From Octopus vulgaris (Eukaryota): a stretch of 64,000 bases of DNA. A program made the translations under genes and the position numbers. Below the pieces are notes generated by a model. The model made no database searches. It was given only the letters and a program-made list of their open reading frames with translations, and was not told the origin of the DNA. The DNA lies in NCBI GenBank assembly GCA_951406725.2, contig OX597837.1:34348001-34412000 (forward strand). Direction: 5' to 3'. Shown piece by piece: positions 1-14,537 of the stretch. The stretch's first letter is position 1, and each line of letters opens with the position of its first letter.

Positions 1-230
1 CTTGTGTGTGCGCGTGGATGTATGTGCTTGTGTGCGCGCGTGGATGTATGTGTGTGGATGTGTGTATGTGTGTGTTTGTGTGTGTGGATGTATGTATGGT
101 TATGTGTGTGTATGGATGTATGTGTGTGTATGGATGTATGTATGTATGTATGTTTATGTGCTTGTATGTGAGAAAAGGAACGAGAAGTGTGAGTATGTGT
201 ATGTACATGTACGTTTAAAGATCTGTGTAT

Positions 231-284
<54 letters not shown>

Positions 285-1200
285 CGCGTGTACGTTTTAG
301 CTTCTGTATGTGTATGTATTTATGTAATGTACGCTTAGAAGTGCGTGTGTTTCCGTGTGTGAGAGAGATAAAGGAGAATTATAGAGGAAAGAAAGTAAAG
401 AAAGATGGGAAGCGATGAAAAGAGGAAGAGAAATAGATACAGAAAGTGAGAAAAAGAAGGCGTAGAGAGACAGAGAGGGAGAGGGGAAGAAAGAGCGGCA
501 GAGAGAGAGAGAGTACGCGTATGCGCATTGATGTTTTGACAGTAATCTAACCCAACTGTGTGGTTTAAGTGGGCCTTTCCATCGGGTAAGGTGTTGATTC
601 CCATCAATCGGCGCACAGTTCCCTACTGTCCTTCTGTGTAGGAATTTAAAGGGTCACTTCAGTACTGCCCCTCCTCCTTTTCCTCCTCTTCCTTATCTTC
701 CCGAACCCCCCCTCCCCCACCGTCCATCCCATCGCCACCACGACCAAAAAAATGTCTTCTGGTGTTACACAAGTTCAAGTTCGACCAACTCTCTCCCCCC
801 TCTCTCTCCTCCATTCCCTCCCTCTCTCTCTCTCTCTCCTCCATTCCCTCCCTCTCTCTCCCCTCCATTCCCCCTCTTTCTCTCTCTCCTCCCCCTCTCT
901 CTCCTCCATTCCCTCTCTGCTAGTTTCATTCTCCCTCTTTCGCACCCCGCCTTTGGGTTTCTTTCTTTCTTTCTTGTTTGTTTGTCTCCTCTGCTCACTT
1001 TCTCTCTCTACTTATCTACATCTCCCCCTCCCCCTCTCTCTCTATCTATCTATTTGTCTGTCCAGCTACAGACACACATGAATATAGATTTTTATCTGCG
1101 CATACATACATACATGTATGTATATAGATGCATATATGCATAGATATATGTATGTATATATACATACATGTATGATATGCATATATATATATATATATAA

Positions 1201-1393
1201 GTTAATCCAAACAAGAAAGCACAAAAAAGCACAACAACGCGAGGACGTGGAACAAATATAGTATTATTGGACGCTCAGGAAAGAAGGAGGGCTTAACGTT
1301 TCGAGCGGAGCTCTTCGTCGGAAACATAGGAGAAGGAAAGATCCAGAGAAGGGAAGACAGAGGGGAAAAAATCGCCAACGGTACACACGAGGT
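1201..1393 (-). mobile_element. Penelope-like terminal repeat fragment (second copy at 15320-15514)
   Basis: Two near-identical copies, each flanked by (TA)n and carrying a CCGACGAAGAGCTCCGCTCGAAACG motif on the minus strand. Confidence 0.6.
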
Positions 1394-2584
1394 CTATATA
1401 TATATACATGTATGATATGAATATAATGTATGTATATATATGTGTGTGTGTATATATATATATACATACATAAATACATGCATGCAAACATCAGGACACC
1501 ATTGTTTAGTGCGTAGGATCCCTCGAAATATAGGACAAGATCTTGCAAGAACCTGGGGTTCAATGGCCCATAGCTCTTCAATATCCTCTTGAATGAGCTG
1601 AGAAACCTCCATGGTGTGGAGGTAGATGTCTGCAAACCCAAACTGGATCTCCCGTATTGTACTAACGGCTCCTCGCGCATTTATATAGGGATATTCTCAG
1701 ATAAACAGGTAGGAACGGACTGTGTCCTGCGAAGAATGTATGGAGGAGGCTAATAAGGGCGTGGCTCTGTGGTTAAGAAGCTTGCTTCCTAACAGTATTG
1801 TCCTGGGTTCAGTCCTACTTTATGGTAGCTTAAGCAAGTGTCTTCAACTATAGCTGCGGTTAAACCTTTCAAAACTGTGCCCCAGCATGGCCGCTTTCCA
1901 ATGACTGAAACACGTGAAAGATAAAACATGCAAAATAAACATCAGGAGCTGAGAGTGTGGCCCAGAAACGAAATCTGGGGGGGGCACATTGCGAGCTAAT
2001 TGGAGTTAATTGTTGGGGTTAATTGTTAAGGGAGCGGAGCTATGCTATGCAGTTTGTTAGCGAAACTGCAGTCACGGGATGGTCACTGAATGGTTTGGGT
2101 TAAAGAGAGTAGGCAGGTCTGTAGTTTTTTTGGTGTTGGGAAACCAGCTAGGACTTGATCAACCCCGGGTGGGTCAACTGGGTTGGTGGGGTGGGGCAGG
2201 GCGGCGAGGGGAGTCTAATGTTTAAAGACCTGAAACTTCTTGAGGCCCTAGTAGCATCACTGATGATGCACCCCCAGTGCATACGTTTACATGTAGAGAG
2301 AGGGGGGAGAAGACAGACAGACAGACAGATCAATCCTCTCCGTCGTTTTTAAACTCACTCTTCAAATTCTGTCTGTCTGTCTGTCTCCCTTCGTCTCTCC
2401 TCCTCCTCCCCTTCTCCTCTCCTCCTCCTCCCCTTCTCCTCTCTCACCCCTCTCTGCTAATCTCTCCCCCTCATTCTGCCGCTCTCCTCCTACCCTCTTT
2501 CTCCCCCTTCTATTTATTTACACTCTTCGGTCTATCTGCCTCTCAGGTTATTTAATCTCTTTCTACACACACACACACACACCT

Positions 2585-2950
2585 CTCTCTCTCTCTCTTT
2601 TACTCTTCACTCTCTTTCTCTTCTCTCTCTTTTTTCTCTCTCTTCTCTCTCTTTTTTCTCTCTCTTCTCTCTCTTCTCTCTTTCTTTCTCTCTCTCTTCT
2701 CTCTTTCTTTCTCTCTCTCTTCTCTCTTTCTCTTCTCTCTTCTCTCTTTCTTTCTCTCTCTTCTCTTTCTTTCTCTCTCTTCTCTCTTTCTTTCTCTCTC
2801 TTCTCTCATTCTCTCTCTCTCTCTTTCTTTCTCTCTCTTCACACTCTTTCTTTCTCTCTCTTCACACTCTTTCTCTTCTCTCTTTCTTTCCCTCTCTTCT
2901 CTCTCTCTTCTCTCTCTCTCTCTTCTCTCATTCTTTTTCTCTCTCTCTCT
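2585..2950. repeat. CT-rich polypyrimidine tract
   Basis: Directly visible. Similar low-complexity tracts at 790-1050, 25280-25520, 35235-35670, 52190-52548 and 57470-57908. Confidence 0.95.
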
Positions 2951-3658
2951 GATCTTCACTTTACCACCTCCAACGTCAGGCGTTATCAGATCCAAGATTA
3001 ATCTCCTGGCCTATCACCACGAACACCACCACCATTCCACCATCCCACCATCACATCACCACCAGAACCCCCAACACTACCGCTGCCCCACCGCCACCAC
3101 CACTCCTACCACAACCACAACTAGCCCCTTATGTGGCGGATCTGTCTACATACAGTCTCGTTAAGATGCTCCCATTAGATACGATGATAGATTAATTAAT
3201 AGCTTCGGGTGGTGGTGGTGGTGACGGCGGGTGTGCTGCTGTTGCTGCTGCTGCTGTTGGTCGTGCTGGTGATTGTGGTAGCGCGGTGGTGGTGGTGGTG
3301 GTGTTTAGCTCCGAGTCAGCTTTGATCAAGCAGATCTCTGATAAAAAAAAAATATATACTCCAGCTCCGACAATCCGCCATGTTTGCCTTGTCAGACGCA
3401 GCGGATCGAAAAAAGCTCTTCAAGGACACACCACACTCAAAGCCTCGCTGAAGAGCTTTGAGACGAACCCCGAAACCCGAGATACGCAAGCACAAGACCT
3501 CTCTTTCGGCCTGACGAAGATGCGCCAACAGAGTTGTCGTCTGCTTACGAACACGATTGCAGGAGCACAAAAAAAACGTGGTCTACGCAAGTCCAACGCC
3601 ATTTTTCCTTGCCTTCATCTCCAGGAGGCCACCTGTGACCGACCTGCGGCAGAGCCTT

Positions 3659-4010
3659 CGGATCTTTTCTAAAAGATGGACAGAATTTTCTACTTAACTA
3701 AATAATTTGAGACTTCGTATACTGGTAGAATGTGTCAAAAGAAAACATTAATTTCAATTCGTTTTTTTGAGAAAAATGTATTTTGTAACTTTTACGTAGT
3801 TTAATTCTTCGAATACGATTGGTTAAAATTCGAAACAGAGAATACGATTGGTTAAAATTCGAAGAATTAAACTACGTAAAAGTTACAAAATATATTTTTC
3901 TCAAAAAAACTAATTGAAATTAGTTTTCTTTTGACACATTCTACCAGTATACGATGTTTCAAATTATTTAGTTAAGTAGAAAATTCTGTCCATCTTTTAG
4001 AAAAGATCCG
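3659..4010. mobile_element. Foldback / MITE-like palindromic element
   Basis: About 155-bp near-perfect inverted arms starting CGGATCTTTTCTAAAAGATGGACAG; AGCCTT duplicated at 3653-3658 and 4011-4016. Confidence 0.88.
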
Positions 4011-5519
4011 AGCCTTCCAAACGCACATCAGACTGATTGACCACAACTGGACACACCGTGACCCATCTCCCTTCCCCACGTGATGTCCTTGGTCATCGTC
4101 GACGACGACGGAAGAACCTAAAAATAGTTTCAAATTTGGGCACAAGGCGAGGAATTCCGGAAAAGAGGGTTTGTCGACCCCCGGTGATCAACTGGTACTT
4201 ATTTTATTGAAAGGTAAAGTCCACCTTGATTGATTTTGAACTCAGAACATAAAGACGGACGAAATGCTGCTGAGCAGATTGTCCGGCATACTAACGTTTC
4301 AGCTAACTCTCCGCCTTCAGATGAACTAATAATGCTTTCTACTACAGGCATAAGGTCTGGAGTTTGTGGGGAGGGGGCATAGTCGATCATATTGACCCCA
4401 GTGTTTAACTGGTACTTAATTTATCGATCCCGAAAGGATAAAAGTCAAAGTCGAGCTCGGCGGAATTTGAACACAGAACGTAAAGACGGACGAAATGCCG
4501 CTATGCGTTTTATCCGGTGTGCTAACCATTCTACTAGCTCACCACCTTCGGACGAACTACTAAAAATAAGAACCACATGAGAGTCAATTCTCCTTTTGTT
4601 TAAGAAAAATAGACCAGGATTAGAGGAACACTTGGCTGCTGTTTTTAGTAGGTCATTGTTAGTTTTGTGATATTTTGTATGTATGTATGTATGTATGTAT
4701 GTATGTATGTATGTATGTATGTATGTATGTATGTATGTATGTATGTATGTATGTATGTATGTATGTATGTATGTATGTATGTGTGTGTATGTATATATAC
4801 AAAAGAAAGCTTAACCGTCACTCGCGAGCGAGTATACAACTTGGTAGCTTGTACCATGTTTTCGCTGATAGTTTTAGAGGCCTGTGTAGTCACGAGCAGA
4901 CATAGACACCTTCTGTCTCCCATTAACTTTGGTAGGGCCTCAGTTTCATGTCGTGTGTCCCTCTACCAATAACATCAATGTAGCCTTATGTAACATTATG
5001 AAGGCGGCGAGCTGGCAGAAACGTTAGCACGCCGGGCGAAATGCTTAGCGGTATTTCGTCTGCCGTTACGTTCTGAGTTCAAATTCCGCCGAGGTCGGCT
5101 TTGCCTTTCATCCTTTCGGGGTCGATTAAATAAGTACCAGTTACACACTGGGGTCGATATAATCGACTTAATCCGTTTGTCTGTCCTCTCTGTGTTTAGC
5201 CCCTTGTGGGTAGTAAAGAAATTGGTATTTTGTCTGCCAATACGTTCTGAGTTCAAATTCCGCCGAGGTCGACTTTGCCTTTCATCCTTTCGGAGTCAAT
5301 AAATTAAGTACCAGTTATGCACTGGGGTCGATGTAATCAACTTAATCCCTTTGTCTGTCCTTGTTTGTCCCCTTGTGGGCAATAAAGAAATAAGAATCCA
5401 AGACAATGAGAGAAAAAAGGGAAAAGAGAAATAGAAAACGTTTATGAGGGTCAATAAATATTTTTCTACATCAGTATCCACAGCATATTGTCCCCTCTAT
5501 GTTTAGTCCCTTGTGGCTA

Positions 5520-6125
5520 AGTGGTTTTCATCCTTTATTAGGGTGCAACACATGACCCCAGAATGTAACATCTTATATGGCCTGGTATTCAGCACGATAT
5601 CAGTGGCTTGCAATGCCTACCCTGCGTTGAGCAACAATAGCAGAGATGGGTGGGACGTGTCCACGAATCTCCTCTTTGGTCTTATACTCACGTGGTGTGG
5701 TGTGTTGAGTCCCGATGAGAAGACTGATATCTGTATCTATCATGAGGGCGGTCTTATATCTCCTCCTCCTTCCTTGATTAGGTTTCAGCTTTATAGAGAA
5801 GATTGATCTCTAGACACAAACTAAGCTTTGTAAGCTTTGAAATATTTGAAATACTTGTCTGTTAGATGTTGTACAACTTGTTTCTGGCACTTCAAGAGGA
5901 CTGTCCCCTGCGTCAGAGAAAATATTTCTGACTGTCGTCAACATAAGATCCAAGGTACTCGAAGTCCCTGATCTCCGTGAGTTGTGCACCATGGTTGAAA
6001 CAAATTGGAAAGTGGCTTTCATTCTCATTAATGGTGTTCTCGTTTTCTTTGTATGAGAAACAGGCTGGCTTTAGCTGCATCAGTCTCATGGAATCTCAAC
6101 AAGACTTACGCATCATCAAGTTATG
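5520..6125 (-). mobile_element. Decayed non-LTR retrotransposon reverse transcriptase fragment (RTE-like)
   Basis: EIRDFEYLGSYV motif and a downstream PPISAIVAQRR-like region, with stops. A second fragment (LALRRILEELRNTRQKASIVF) lies at about 6850-7075. Confidence 0.65.
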
Positions 6126-6171
6126 AGCCGTGAGGGCAAAATCACCCACATAGTGAAAATCAGAAGAGAAG

Positions 6172-6230
<59 letters not shown>

Positions 6231-6555
6231 ATAGATGCTCTGTTGAGGTCTTGATTGCTTCTGCTTCATGATGAGGCTTTTATTGTGGATGGGGGGTCAA
6301 GATTTGGTTCAAGGATAATACTACTCTCTCTCTTTACTCTTTTTACTCTTTTACTTGTTTCAGTCATTTGACTGCGGCCATGCTGGAGCACCGCCTTTAG
6401 TCGAGCAAATCGACCCCGGGACTTATTCTTTGTAAGCCCAGTACTTATTCTATCGGTCTCTTTTGCCGAACCGCTAAGTGACGGGGACGTAAACACACCA
6501 GCATCGGTTGTCAAGCAATGCTAGGGGGAAAACACACACACACACACACACACAT

Positions 6556-6594
<39 letters not shown>

Positions 6595-7475
6595 GACAGG
6601 CTTCTTTCAGTTTCCGTCTACCAAATCCACTCACAAGGCATTGGTCCGCCCGGGGCTATAGCAGAAGACACTTGCCCAAGGTGCCACGCAGTGGGACTGA
6701 ACCCGGAACCATGTGGTTGGTTAGCAAGCTACTTACCACACAGCCACTAAAGAAAAAAGAAAAGCTAGGAGAGGGTCACCTTGGAAAATGCCTACGGTTG
6801 TAGGAAATTCTTTAGTTGTACGGTCTGTGTTTTGCCCAAAATTGAATGGATTTTCGTATATTATAGTTATGCCTTTGGCAAGCTTATCTGAGCGTTTGTA
6901 ACATGGCCCCTTATTGACATTATGAAATGTGTTGGAGAAACCCCAACGAATACGATCGATGCCTTTTGCCTGGTGTTTCTGAGCTCCTCTAAAATTCTTC
7001 TAAGAGCCAATGTCTGTGGCAGTGTTGAGCTGCGGAAGTTGCTTTGCTTTGTCAAAAGATGGGTTCGGTATAAGGGGAAATTCCATTAAGGAACGTGGAA
7101 TTGTTAGGTTCTAATACCTATTTCTTTATTACCCACAAGGGGCTAAACATAGAGGGGACAAACAAGGACAGACATAGGTAATAAAGTCGATTACATCGAC
7201 CCCAGTGCGTAATTGGTACTTAATTTATCGACCCCGAAAGGATGAAAGGCAAAGTCGACCTCGGCGGAATTTGAACTCGGAACGACAGACGAAATGCCGA
7301 TAAGCATTTCGCCCGGCGTGCTAACGTTTCTGCCAGCTCGCCAATACTTGGTCGTCGTAGAAGGATAATGACTCCAAACTTCCTCAGTTTCCAAAGTCGA
7401 ACTCTGATTTCTTTCTCATTAACTCTTTCGTTCATCTGTTTCGCTATATTCTCCCCCATATTTCTCTCTCTCTCT

Positions 7476-7524
<49 letters not shown>

Positions 7525-7759
7525 TACACTTCAAATATTGAAAAAATGTAATTTCCTCATAAGGGATATTTTATAAAAATCCGGATATCAACTGGTATTA
7601 TAAAAATATATTGAAAGTTCCGCTATGTAGAAACTTTGTATACATATATACATACATATATATGTGTGTATGTGTGTGATAAACACACATGCATACATAT
7701 CTTGATATATAGACATGTGTGTATGCATACATACACAAATTGATTTGTATATGCATTTA

Positions 7760-7813
7760 TATCAATATCTGTATGTGTGTATGTATATATATATATCAAT
7801 ATGTGTATGTATG

Positions 7814-7853
<40 letters not shown>

Positions 7854-7913
7854 CACACATACACATATTGATATATATATATATATATATATATATCAAT
7901 ATGTGTATGTATG

Positions 7914-7953
<40 letters not shown>

Positions 7954-8007
7954 CACACATACACATATTGATATATATATATATATATATCAATATGTGT
8001 ATGTATG

Positions 8008-8042
<35 letters not shown>

Positions 8043-8141
8043 ATATGTGTATGTATGTATGTATATATATATATATATATATATCAATATGTGTATGTGT
8101 GTATGTATATATATATATATATATCAATATGTGTATGTGTG

Positions 8142-8176
<35 letters not shown>

Positions 8177-8191
8177 ATATGTGTATGTGTG

Positions 8192-8232
<41 letters not shown>

Positions 8233-8247
8233 ATATGTGTATGTGTG

Positions 8248-8284
<37 letters not shown>

Positions 8285-8299
8285 ATATGTGTATGTGTG

Positions 8300-8336
<37 letters not shown>

Positions 8337-8352
8337 TATATGTGTATGTGTG

Positions 8353-8395
<43 letters not shown>

Positions 8396-8440
8396 ATATG
8401 TGTATGTGTGTATGTATATATATATATATATATATATTTA
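7760..8440. repeat. Compound minisatellite, (TA)n-CAATATGTGTATGT units
   Basis: Directly visible tandem units with variable TA length. Confidence 0.95.
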
Positions 8441-8878
8441 CACACTTGTATATGTTTGTGTGCATACATATATTTGAACATATATAGCGCCTACATAAAC
8501 ACGCAAATATGTCTGTGTGGAGTGTGTGTGAATGTAGAATGAGTGTGAGAGACATTAGTAAAGGTATGCACCATCAGCACCGCCACTAACACCACCGTTT
8601 CCACCGCCATTACCACTACCACATCCAACACCACCGTTTCCACCGCATCCATCACCATCACCATAATCAGACAATTGACTGTCGAGAATCTCGGTACGTT
8701 TGAAAATCTATCCTTTTACAGCAAACATTCTAATCGCTGTTTGGTATCCCATTATCATTCAAGGAAATGGTATCACACGCAATCATGCTTCTCTCTCTCT
8801 CTCCATCACACACACCCTCTCTCCCTCTGTCTGTCTATCTTTCTCTCTCTCTTTCTCCATCACTCTCTTTTTGTCCCC

Positions 8879-8939
<61 letters not shown>

Positions 8940-9074
8940 TTATCTTGTTAGCCACTAACCCAAGCATCTGTCTTATACAATCATACATATATACATACAC
9001 ATACATGCAATCATACATAGATGTCTACGCACATACATACACACATGCATGCATACATACGCACATACATACGT

Positions 9075-9845
9075 AGGTTCATTTACTTCACCCTCACTAG
9101 AGAGACGAGTTTCAGAAAGCGCAACTACATCAAGGGAATATTTCTTAAGCTCACATGCGATAAGTGCAGTACACCTTTCTGGCCTCTTGTTGAAATCATC
9201 AAGAAGTGCGCGCGCATTCCAACAGCTAAAATTCAGAGGATGTTTATTTGACCACGGTGGCAGGATGACGACTTGGCCCAGCCTGTGATACACTGGGACA
9301 CCTGCCGAGCCAGACCGGTTCACCCTGACGTTCCCAAGCCTTTTTGCCATTTACTGAATCTGTTAGAGACATTTCAGGGTTAGTTGCCAGTGCACTTTTA
9401 GGTTTCTGCCAACCAATTCATTGATTTTACTAAGATTTTGTGTACAAGAAGTACCTGTGCGGATGAATAATTATCAGTGGGTTTAGCTTGCACTGCACTG
9501 CCCTCACCTATTGGCCCAAGAAGATGTTCGCTGGTGTGACATGAGAATTGACAAAACCGGGAGTTTCCAAGACCTCAAGTTTTCTTTTGAAAATTTCCTT
9601 TTCCTAGGTAGATTGTCAACCAAGGTTAAAGAGCTTCTATCTGCCCATGAGGTAGGCTATCCCGTGCAGACACTAAACCGATACCCAAACGCTCGGTAGA
9701 GTGGTTACATATCATTCTGGTGTACGACGTAGAGCAGCTCATGCATGCAAACATAAACTGGCAACCCCACCAAGCTTGCTTGGTGAGGAAGGTGATTGTT
9801 GGACACCCTGCGGGACAAAATGTAAGACCCGTCAAAAGACGGAGG
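9075..9845 (-). mobile_element. RTE-clade LINE 5' fragment (5' UTR and start of APE endonuclease)
   Basis: LNFSCWNARALLD...RPERCTALIACELKKYSLDVVALSETRLSSEG, typical of an RTE endonuclease N-terminus. Confidence 0.85.
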
Positions 9846-9848
9846 AAG

Positions 9849-9886
<38 letters not shown>

Positions 9887-10024
9887 ATGAAGGTGGTAGT
9901 AGTATTAGTGGTGGTGATAGATATTGTGGTGATGGTAGTGGTAGTTGGTGGTGATAACGGCGCTGGTATTGGTGGTGGTGGTGAAGTTTTGTGTATGTTG
10001 GTATTGTTGTTGTATATAATGTCA

Positions 10025-10455
10025 TGAACTGTAATTGTGTTGGAAGAAGTGTTGAAGGAATCTGTATTGCGGGAACCGGATCTGCTCTTTATGTAGAGTG
10101 GTTCTCCGTCTCAATGTCATACTCATCTGTCCTATATAGTGTTGTCCACAACCCGAGCAGGTTATTACATAAATTAGATTCTCAGAGGCACAGGTGGAAT
10201 TAGTTTTAATTGTGAACCTCTCTCCTTGTTTGAAAAAGAAATCCGAGCCTTCAAGTTGGCCGGGGCATGTTCCAGAGTTTGGGTGTCCACATTTTTAACC
10301 GTTGGTTTCGTGGTTGTTGTGTAAAGCTTCGCATTTGTTAGAAGTCTCTTTAGTGATTTGTGTTGCTTTTTGCATTTGATGAATTTATATGCTTTCAGGA
10401 TGTTGTTCATTTTTGGGTCTCTAGTTAGTAAAGGAAGATTTTGCACAATAGTGTT
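10025..10455 (-). mobile_element. Penelope-like retroelement fragment (GIY-YIG endonuclease)
   Basis: Minus-strand translation NSTCASENLIYVITCSGCGQHYIGQMSMTLRRR, preceded by KSLKRLLTNAK. Confidence 0.88.
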
Positions 10456-11734
10456 ATATATATGTGTGTGTATGTATATATCTATATATAGATATTAATG
10501 TGGGTGTTCGGCATTCATTGCTCTAATCTCTGTACTGTGAATATTGTGGAAGAGTAACTAGTCTTTCTTTTATTTCAGTATGAAACTTACCTCTACACAG
10601 CTCCTTCGTGAACAACAACTTATCTTTCAACTTACCAATCTCTGTCCATTTCATACCAACACTCATTTATTTTCCCCTAATTACTTTTCCACTCTTTTTG
10701 TCCCTTCCCTCACTAGTACAGGTGCAGACGCACATTCATTCCCACTGTTCAACTCAGACATTCGTACTTACATGCTGTCGTACCTACACACGTCATGCAC
10801 ACTCACACTACTACTTATGTATTGTGTGATACACTGTTGAATGTCTCCGTTGGTTGTATTTGATCTTCTCTTGTGTTGCCGGTACAGGTTTCTAAGGGGA
10901 TTTATCTAGGTATATATGTATGTAGTCCCTTTTATTTTTTTAATTATCATAAATCTTCCACTGAAGAGGGAGCCGGTTTCCAACAAAGACACAAGGCTCC
11001 ATCTTTGGGATGTAGCCACAGACAAATTCACATTTGGAATTTGAGAAAAGTCTTGCATATTTTTACTGCTCCACTCACGGATTGCGCTTGCAATGTACGA
11101 ATCAGCCGGTTGATTTCTCGTGCGTAGACGTCTTTGTATATACTTTTTTATGTACGTATGTGAGTATACGATCTATGTATGTGCTTTTATGCAGTAAGTA
11201 TCTATATGATAAGATCCCTCAAGGCTAATAACGCAGCATTCGGTGTTCTTACAAGACATCCATGTTAAGTTAGATGTAAAGATTACCCTTTCATGTGTGT
11301 GTGTATATGTGTTTACACGACGGGCTTCTTTTAGTTTCCTTCCACCAAATCAACTCACAAGGCTTTGGTTGGCCCGAGATTATAGGGACTGAACCAGCAA
11401 CAATGTGGTTGGCAAGCAAACTTCTTACCACACAGCCACGCCTGTTAAAAAATGTCAATGAAAGTCAAAGATCCTTTGACTGGCTGAACCAACCGATGGT
11501 GGAAGATTGGAGTTCCCTTTTTCAGTTTCACAATAAATCTGGTTTTACTCACAGAAGAGAGTGACACCATTAGTAAATAGCTGTTATTCTGGAAAGTGCT
11601 TTAGAATAATAACATTATAACACACACACACACACATTACACACACATCTCACACACATCATATTACACACAAATATACATGTATATATGTAGGTGTGTT
11701 TAAATGTGTTCTTGTGTATATATGGGTATGTATA

Positions 11735-11842
<108 letters not shown>

Positions 11843-12254
11843 GTATGTATGTATATAAGTGTGTGAGTATACATATATATATGCGTGCGTGTGCGTAAAC
11901 ATATTCGTGTGTGTGTGTGTGTGTGCATGATTGTGTGCATATGTTTGTGTTTGTGCATGATTCAGTATGTATGTGTGTATGCGTGAGTGTGTGTGTATGT
12001 GGTGGAACAATGTGCGGATGAATATGTAAAAACGCACGTATATGTATGTGTGCGTACGTACGTGTGTGTGTGTGTGTGTGTGTTTCTGTAGATTTGGTGT
12101 GTCTCTTTGAATCTGTAAGTTTCTGTAAGAGTTTCAGGAAAGTCCCACCACCACCACCATCGACTATTCTAACCATCAATCCACTTCATGCCCCTCCCCC
12201 CTCACGAAGCCCTAACTTAAGCCATCTATCTTCGACATCACGCAGACACCGCCA

Positions 12255-12795
12255 ACGCCACTTCAATCACCATCATCACCACCACCACCACAAGCATCAG
12301 CACCATGACCATCATCATCACCAATACCATCGTCACCAATACTTATACCACTACCACTATCACCACCTCCACCACTGTCACCACCATCTCCATGACGACG
12401 ACGACGACCACCACCACCACCATTATCACCTCGGTCACCACCACCACCACCATCGTCATCACTATCGCTGCGGCCACCACCACCACCACCACCATCGTCA
12501 TCACTATCGCTGCCGCCACCACCACCACCACCACCATCGTCATCACTATCGCTGCCACCACCACCACCACCACCACCACCACCACCATCGTCATCACTAT
12601 CGCTGCCACCACCACTACCACCACCACCATCTTCACTATCGCCACCACAGTCACCACCGTCTCGACGACGACGACCACCACCACCACCATTATCACCTCG
12701 GCAACGCCGCCACCGTCCCCCCCTCACCATCTTCACCATCGCCACCACAACGACCACCACCATCACCACCACCACCACTATCGCCACCACCATCC
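12255..12795. repeat. (CAC/CAT)n trinucleotide-derived tandem repeat
   Basis: Low-complexity repeat that is open in several frames. Confidence 0.95.
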
Positions 12796-12964
12796 AGAGG
12801 TCTAAAGAGTCACTTCATCTGCTATCAAGTGACAAAAGAGTAGCGTTGTTATTCCAAGAATGGCATGTCTGATTAAAAAACCAACAAGAAAGAGGAGGGG
12901 ACGGCGAGGCGGCGGCGGCGGTGAGCGACAGGGTCCCTTCGCCCTCTCTACCTTCCCTCCTTCT

Positions 12965-13000
<36 letters not shown>

Positions 13001-13653
13001 AAATACCTCCACACACCCCGCCCCTTCCACAAGCACCCCCCTACTTACCCCCTTACTCTTCTCTCCACTCCGTGTCCCCCCCTCCCCACCTCAAAAGGCC
13101 CTTTACATTCTCAACGCCTCGCCCCTCCCCTCCCCCACGAAACGTCTTACTTCTCCAGATGCTTTACTTCAAAGACTGTTTCTTTTGAGGGGAGGGGGAG
13201 AAGGGAGGGGGAGAAGGGAGGGGGAGGTGTGCAATGTTTTTGGTGTTTGTTTTTCTCGATGTCATTGTTTCTCTTGTTGTTGTTGTTGTGGTTAATGTTG
13301 CTGTTGTCTTCGTTGTGTTTTTACGTTGATGCTGTTATTGTTGAAGCTCTCTAAGTGTTGCTAATGGTACTGTTTGTATGTGTATTTGTGTGAATTTGTG
13401 TGTTTGCGTGTTTGTGTGTATGTATATATGTATATATATATATATATATATAAGAGTATGAATATATGTATGTATATATAAGAATATATAAGAATACATA
13501 TATAAGAATATGTATATATATGTATGTATATACACGTATATATATATGTATGTATATACGCATATAAGAATATGTATATATATACTCATATACATACATG
13601 TATAAACATATATAAAGATTTAGCTACGCATTTGTTTACTCACGCACACACGT

Positions 13654-13686
<33 letters not shown>

Positions 13687-14537
13687 CATACACACACATA
13701 TATATATATATATACATACACACACATATATATATATACACACATATATATATATATATATACATACACGTATGTGTGTGTATATATGCGTGTAAGTATA
13801 TATATGTATGAGAAAGGTTGTGTTCAATTAGAACTTTTACTTGGGAGGGTGAGGATATCCAAAGTTAGATTTCTAATAAAGATTCTTCATATCAAATTTG
13901 TAGCGTCCCATTGCAAGTATTTTAAAAAATACTTATATGCATACGTATATGTACATATGTGTATATATACTTACATAGTCAAACATGCATATATACAAAT
14001 GCGTATACGTATGAATTGCATGAATACATGTGTGTGTGTATTATACATGTGTAGGCATTTGTATACACTCATAAACATCCTAGTCCCAAGAGATTTCAGG
14101 TAATTAAATGAGTGTTCATAAATATCACAACAAAAATTAGTTTTGTCTAGAATTTTTCTTTTTAATCTCTTCTTAAATACAAACAACAAGCTTAAGTCTC
14201 GCCAGTTCTCGTGGGTACAATCACGTGTTATAGCAATTGCACATCATGTCGTTTGGGAACATCGCTCGGAATAGGACAGATTTCAAATACAGAAAATTTC
14301 AAATACAACAAGCAAGATAACATTTACATAAATGTGGTTTGTGAAAAAAATGAGCGTCGATGACTTATGTTGTAGAAAAAAAGCTACAGAAAACGATCCC
14401 TCGATATCCATGATTTCACGACAAAGAAACTGTTTGTGCTTTGGGGGTTACATGTGTGCAAGAAGATAAAAAAAAAGTCTTCGGTAAAGCGGGAAATTAA
14501 ATAAATGTAATTATATTTCAACTGGTAGGAATGTTCT

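Noticed and set aside
6266-6750. Recurrent ORFs such as TTDAGVFTSP...TGLTKNKSRGRFARLK at many loci
   Set aside because: Chance translations of SINE family A, not a gene family.
7715-8555. YI/CV-rich ORFs
   Set aside because: Minisatellite artefacts.
12046-12843. His-rich, Thr-rich and Gly/Asp-rich ORFs
   Set aside because: Trinucleotide repeat open in several frames, with no splice or homology support.
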